Source: Arenicellales bacterium (GTDB lineage: Bacteria > Pseudomonadota > Gammaproteobacteria > Arenicellales > JAJDZL01). From it: a DNA stretch of 64,000 nt. This document shows, piece after piece, positions 59,884 through 64,000 of the stretch. How positions within the stretch are numbered: position 1 is the stretch's first letter; the number at the start of each line of letters is the position of its first letter. The translations under genes and the position numbers were made by a program. Under the pieces are notes generated by a model that saw only the letters and a program-made list of their open reading frames with translations, ran no database searches and had not been told where the DNA came from. The stretch covers positions 1,224,850-1,288,849 of the forward strand of contig CBDAUJ010000002.1 of assembly GCA_965200545.1 (NCBI GenBank), written 5' to 3'.

Positions 59884-61611
59884 ATGAATTCACCGGACAG
59901 CGGTCCAGTTACTCAATTGCGCTACCAGGCTGATGAGAAACCGCCATTCCTGCTGTCGCTGGGTCTTGGAGGGCAGCTCGCGATTTTATCGATTGCCGGC
60001 ATTGCCTTGACACCGGTCATCGTGATTCGCGCTGCGGGCGGTTCCGAAGTGTATTTGAAATGGGCAGTTTTTGCCGCGATCGTGATCAGTGCAGTCACGA
60101 CTATTTTGCAGGCAGTGAAAGTCGGTCGGGTGGGGGCTGGATACGTATTGGCGATGGGCACTTCCGGCGCTTTTATTGCGGTTTGCATCACCGCTATCAG
60201 CCAAGGCAGTCCGGCCATGATGTGCACACTGATTATTGTCTCATCCCTGTTTCAGTTCGTGCTGGCAGCAAAGCTTTCTTTGCTCCGGCGCATTCTGACA
60301 CCGCCAGTGGCCGGCACTGTGATCATGCTGATTGCGGCGACGGTGATGCCGATTCTGTTTGACATGCTGAAAACGATCCCCGAAAACGTACCCGTGTCCC
60401 ATGCGGCCTGGACGGCTTTCGCGACTGCGCTGGTTACTGTCGGCATTTCTTTCAAGGCGCGGGGCAGTCTGCGTTTGTGGGCGCCGGTCATTGGGGTCGC
60501 TGGCGGCTCAGCAGTGGCCGCGTATTTTGGGTTCTACAACACCGATACGGTCGTCGCAGCCGCCTGGCTTGGTCTGCCTGAGTTCAGCTGGCCTGGCATC
60601 GACTTGCGATTTGACCCGGTGTTCTGGATGCTCCTGCCGACCTTCATTTTGGTGACATTGGTGGGTGCGATCGAGACAATTGGCGATGGGGTGGCGATTC
60701 AGAAAGTTTCATGGCGAAAATCGAGAGCTGTTGATTTCCGCGCGGTTCAAGGTGCGGTTTCTGCTGACGGCTTAGGCAACCTGCTGTCGGGATTGGCAGG
60801 TACGTTGCCGAACACAACATATTCCTCCAGCATTTCCGTGACCGAACTGACTGGCGTTGCAGCGCGGTCCGTAGGGGTGATGATGGGAATCGTGTTTTTC
60901 ATGTTCGCTTTGTCGCCCAAATTTGTTGCGATGATTCTGGCGATACCAGAACCGGTGGTGGCGGCTTATCTGTTCGTCATCATCGCCTTGCTGTTTGTGA
61001 CGGGCATGAAAATTATTATTGATGACCGAATGGATCTGCGCAAGGCAATGATTGTCGGAATTTCTTTTTGGATTGGCGTTGGATTTCAAAATCAGATGAT
61101 ATTTCCGGAGTACGTTGCTCATTTCGCAGGCGGCATATTCCAAAATGGCATGACAGCCGGGGGCCTGACAGCTTTGGCGCTGACGCTGATCATTGAGCTG
61201 ACGGAGGCGCGGGGCAAGAAAATTGAGTTGGACTTGTCAGTGAAAAGTCTGTCGAAACTGAGAGATTTTATTTCGAAATTCGTCGCCTGGCAGCGCTGGT
61301 CTGACACAATGGAGAATCGGCTGCATATGGTTTCGGAGGAAGTGTTGCTGACGCTGGTTGAGGCCGCGCATTCCGAGCAGTACCGCATGCGAGTGAAAAT
61401 CAGTGTCTGCGATACGGGTGCTGAGCTTGAGTTTATCTCAGCTGCGAGCGACGACAATCTTGAAGATCAGATCGCGATGCTCAATGAGACTGAAACCACA
61501 CGTATCGTTGAGCGAGAAATGTCGCTGCGGCTGCTGAAGCATTTATCTTCGTCGGTGCGGCATCAGCAGTATCATGCCGCGCACATTGTCACTGTGAACG
61601 TGGACCGGTAA
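59884..61611 (+). CDS. NCS2 (nucleobase:cation symporter-2 / SLC23-like) permease with an extra soluble C-terminal region of about 130 aa
   Basis: 575-aa ORF with a polytopic core of NCS2 type, followed by the hydrophilic tail KIELDLSVKSL...HIVTVNVDR. Confidence 0.75.
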   Translation: MNSPDSGPVTQLRYQADEKPPFLLSLGLGGQLAILSIAGIALTPVIVIRAAGGSEVYLKWAVFAAIVISAVTTILQAVKVGRVGAGYVLAMGTSGAFIAVCITAISQGSPAMMCTLIIVSSLFQFVLAAKLSLLRRILTPPVAGTVIMLIAATVMPILFDMLKTIPENVPVSHAAWTAFATALVTVGISFKARGSLRLWAPVIGVAGGSAVAAYFGFYNTDTVVAAAWLGLPEFSWPGIDLRFDPVFWMLLPTFILVTLVGAIETIGDGVAIQKVSWRKSRAVDFRAVQGAVSADGLGNLLSGLAGTLPNTTYSSSISVTELTGVAARSVGVMMGIVFFMFALSPKFVAMILAIPEPVVAAYLFVIIALLFVTGMKIIIDDRMDLRKAMIVGISFWIGVGFQNQMIFPEYVAHFAGGIFQNGMTAGGLTALALTLIIELTEARGKKIELDLSVKSLSKLRDFISKFVAWQRWSDTMENRLHMVSEEVLLTLVEAAHSEQYRMRVKISVCDTGAELEFISAASDDNLEDQIAMLNETETTRIVEREMSLRLLKHLSSSVRHQQYHAAHIVTVNVDR

Positions 61612-61819
61612 CGAACTGGCTGATCGGCAAACAGTACTGCGACTTGGCGCCAGGGCCGTGGCATTTGCGGCGGCCGTGAGAAAACGCTTTGTGCTCGTTG
61701 ATTTTTGTTCTCAACAAGTCTGTATTGATGTATTGATTAATGATCAGCGGCATTCAGCACTGAGACAGAGTGCCATGGGAGGACTGGCATCATTCGCAAA
61801 TGATCACCGACAGCACAGA

Positions 61820-62383
61820 CTAAAATATAGCGATATTATGTTCTCGAAGTTTCCGCGAAAGCTCTGCCGAAGGTATTATTTCAACATCATGCATTACATC
61901 TTTTGAAAAAAGACTCCTCAGAATACCGAAAAATTTTTCCTTCAAATTGTCAGCAAATCTAAAGTCTTCGTCTGATATATCGCTGATGACGAGCCAGAAA
62001 TTATAGGTTTTATCGCGAATTTGGCTGGCTACGCTGCGGTACTTTGCAGAAAAGCGGCATAAAACCAGCATTGATGCATAAACTTTCAGCTCATTTTCCT
62101 TGAGAAAGAAATCCTCAATCAATTTTTCGCGCACTTCCGATTCCAGAAAATCGTATTCATGACTCATGTTTCGATACCAGTCAGACAACCTTGTTTCTTC
62201 GATCAAGTAGATAAATCCATCACTGACAAGAAAATAATCGCAGCTATGGCAACCGCCCAGATCTGCATCATTTCTCATATTCATGTTCGGTGATTCGCCA
62301 TCAATTTTATATGCCTTATAGCACTCACTCAGTGGATGCCCGGCAACCAATATTGTCTCCAGATAACGATTGAGTCGGCTCAT
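61820..62383 (-). CDS. 187-aa hypothetical protein, candidate effector (possible PD-(D/E)xK-like nuclease) coupled to the upstream ATPase
   Basis: The ATG at 62383 forms an ATGA overlap with the ATPase stop. Segment GGCHSCDYFLVSDGFIYLIEETRL (D49 ... E63-x-R65). The DNA is AT-richer than the flanks. Confidence 0.6.
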   Translation of the reverse strand: MSRLNRYLETILVAGHPLSECYKAYKIDGESPNMNMRNDADLGGCHSCDYFLVSDGFIYLIEETRLSDWYRNMSHEYDFLESEVREKLIEDFFLKENELKVYASMLVLCRFSAKYRSVASQIRDKTYNFWLVISDISDEDFRFADNLKEKFFGILRSLFSKDVMHDVEIIPSAELSRKLREHNIAIF

Positions 62384-63744
62384 ATGCCCTTTAGGTACAA
62401 TTCAGCGAACGGGTCAGTCAGATTCTCCTTGATCTGGCCCAGATTTTTTTCAAAATCATCACTAGAATCTGCGACTGACTGGGAAAAATGATTAAGAGCC
62501 ACTAGTTTTTCATCATCCGGGTTCCTCTTTATTCTGACTTCCAGCCACTTTAGAAAATCCACACTGTGTGTGGCGACCACGACATGAACACCTGCCTGTG
62601 CCAATTCAAATAGGCACTCAGCCATCAGCACTTGCCACCGAGGATGTAAATGAGCCTCGGGCTCATCTATAAATAAGAAAGATCTTTTGTCCAGCAGTTT
62701 ACGCTCAATAAGGAGCGTCAAAAATCCAATATTGGCGATTCCGGTTGCTGTTTGAGCTATGGGCACCTTGTGATTGCGGCTGTCTTCATGAAAAGACAAT
62801 TCACCGTCTTTGGAAACCGTTAACTTCCCGCCAAAATTTCCAACAAGCTTTTGATATACATCAGGAAAATCGATATTTCCGGTAAACTCATACTTCAGAG
62901 TTTGACACAAATCTTCAAAATGCTGGGGGATGCCAGCAAGTGGCCGCCGCCTAGTCCGCAATCTGTGATGCCTATACTGAATGTCTTCTAAAGGTGTCTT
63001 TAATTTCCAATAGATGGGTGATTCCAAATAAATGAGTGACGAAAAGCGCGACGCATGCTCATGCCATGCTTCCTCTAACTCAAGACGAATAGTTTCCTCT
63101 AAGGCCTCATCTGAAAAAATGAACTCTCCGACCTTGTCTATCTTGATGCTCATCGGAATGGATTCTTTTTCTGACAGCTGTGAGATTGTCGCCGCTTGAA
63201 AGTTTCCTAGGATGTTGCGCCTGAGTTCCAGCTTCATGCCGTTTGACATCAATTCAGCTTCATCGACTCTGTGGAGCGATTCGGTTAGTTCGTTTAATTT
63301 ATCCGCTAGATCATCTCCTAAATCACTCAGTCTATCATCCTCTGCAAATTTATTTTTTATTGCATCGAATCTGCTGTGAACTACATTGAGCTGGTTTATA
63401 AAATCTGAAATAAAAACCTTCAATTCATCCTTATTCCCTGATGGGCAGCTGTCTGCAAGATGAGTCAGTTTTTTAAATTCTTCTTGCAAAGTGGGCTCAT
63501 GAGAATCACTCTTATAAAATCGTCGAAAATACATCATATCCATGAGGTTTGTGACAGGATCAATAAGCCTCGACAAAGATGCCTCCGCGTGACTGGCTCT
63601 CAATGCATTGAGAATTGAATAAAGAATTTTGGATGCGAAACTCTTGCCTGAATTATTCTCTCCAGCGAAAACAGTAAACCGATTGATGCTGACTGTGGCA
63701 TCCTGCAATTTGCCTAAATTTTTAATTTCTACGTTGAATTTCAT
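62380..63744 (-). CDS. ABC-type / AAA_15-AAA_21-like ATPase (OLD/PtuA/AriA-like class)
   Basis: 454-aa ORF. Walker A FAGENNSGKS (K34), a long helical insertion, Walker B plus D-loop SFLFIDEPEAHLHP, and H-loop VVATHS. Confidence 0.8.
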   Translation of the reverse strand: MKFNVEIKNLGKLQDATVSINRFTVFAGENNSGKSFASKILYSILNALRASHAEASLSRLIDPVTNLMDMMYFRRFYKSDSHEPTLQEEFKKLTHLADSCPSGNKDELKVFISDFINQLNVVHSRFDAIKNKFAEDDRLSDLGDDLADKLNELTESLHRVDEAELMSNGMKLELRRNILGNFQAATISQLSEKESIPMSIKIDKVGEFIFSDEALEETIRLELEEAWHEHASRFSSLIYLESPIYWKLKTPLEDIQYRHHRLRTRRRPLAGIPQHFEDLCQTLKYEFTGNIDFPDVYQKLVGNFGGKLTVSKDGELSFHEDSRNHKVPIAQTATGIANIGFLTLLIERKLLDKRSFLFIDEPEAHLHPRWQVLMAECLFELAQAGVHVVVATHSVDFLKWLEVRIKRNPDDEKLVALNHFSQSVADSSDDFEKNLGQIKENLTDPFAELYLKGI

Positions 63745-63747
63745 TAA

Positions 63748-63852
63748 TTACTTGAGTGAGCTTGACAGGACTTGGAGGAAGTTCGAGTATTGGAACCTCG
63801 AAAGCTTGAAGCACTTTTTTCGTGGCAGATTAATGTTCAGTTGAACTTTCAT
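63748..63852 (-). CDS. 34-aa micro-ORF ending 3 nt before the ATPase start
   Basis: MKVQLNINLPRKKCFKLSRFQYSNFLQVLSSSLK. Its TAA stop is separated from the ATPase ATG by TTA. No family is recognised. Confidence 0.25.
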   Translation of the reverse strand: MKVQLNINLPRKKCFKLSRFQYSNFLQVLSSSLK

Positions 63853-64000
63853 TTCGGGGCGATTGCGCTTTAGGGAGCCTATTTTACATTAGGTTGCAAA
63901 GGAGGGTTGTCAGGTCACCGCAAGCGGCTATATTGGGAGCGCAAAATGGGCGAGCGGGCTGAATCTGTGTTCCGGCAGCGCCGAGCTGGAATAAGCAGCC

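Noticed and set aside
1-64000. Looked for CRISPR arrays, rRNA genes, IS elements, transposases, integrases, reverse transcriptases and DGR-type template/variable repeats
   Set aside because: I noticed no regularly spaced short direct repeats, no rRNA-like sequence, and no ORF with DDE transposase, tyrosine or serine recombinase, or RT motifs. The only long repeat is the tandem NTPase duplication.

Overview
This 64 kb window looks like a chromosomal segment from a proteobacterium with gammaproteobacterial-type synteny. I cannot name the species from the sequence. Most of it is well-conserved housekeeping DNA. The main blocks, in order: (1) nnr-tsaE-amiB-mutL-miaA-hfq-hflX-[insertion]-hflK-hflC-DUF2065-hisZ-purA. 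(2) A MOSC gene, tRNA-Leu(CAG), and aroB-aroK on the minus strand. (3) PBP1A (mrcA) and topA (minus strand). (4) A long, tightly coupled plus-strand string: def-fmt-rsmB-DUF4390-sensor kinase-response regulator-trkA-trkH. (5) Two PotABCD-like ABC importers flanking a catabolic cluster (SDR, acyl-CoA dehydrogenase, fused indolepyruvate:ferredoxin oxidoreductase, glutaryl-CoA dehydrogenase, succinate/glutarate-semialdehyde dehydrogenase, pdxH). (6) An NCS2 permease. Three accessory patches interrupt this backbone. (i) About 1.7 kb of eroded DNA sits between hflX and hflK: a truncated AlbA_2/HATPase_c_4 pseudogene and a possible decayed higBA-like module. (ii) A roughly 6.5 kb island at about 39.9-46.4 kb holds two paralogous secreted-protein genes, each thrown out of frame at a G/C homopolymer next to the signal peptide. 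It also holds a multiply disrupted DUF4143 AAA ATPase pseudogene and a tandem pair of mosaic-diverged P-loop NTPase paralogs with duplicated promoters. (iii) A compact, visibly AT-richer islet at about 61.65-63.88 kb encodes a translationally coupled operon: micro-ORF, 454-aa ABC/AAA_15-21-like ATPase, and a 187-aa protein with a possible PD-(D/E)xK-like motif. This islet is my best candidate for an undescribed defence-like system. I saw no rRNA, CRISPR array, intact transposase or integrase. Family assignments come from motif recognition by eye. No searches were run.
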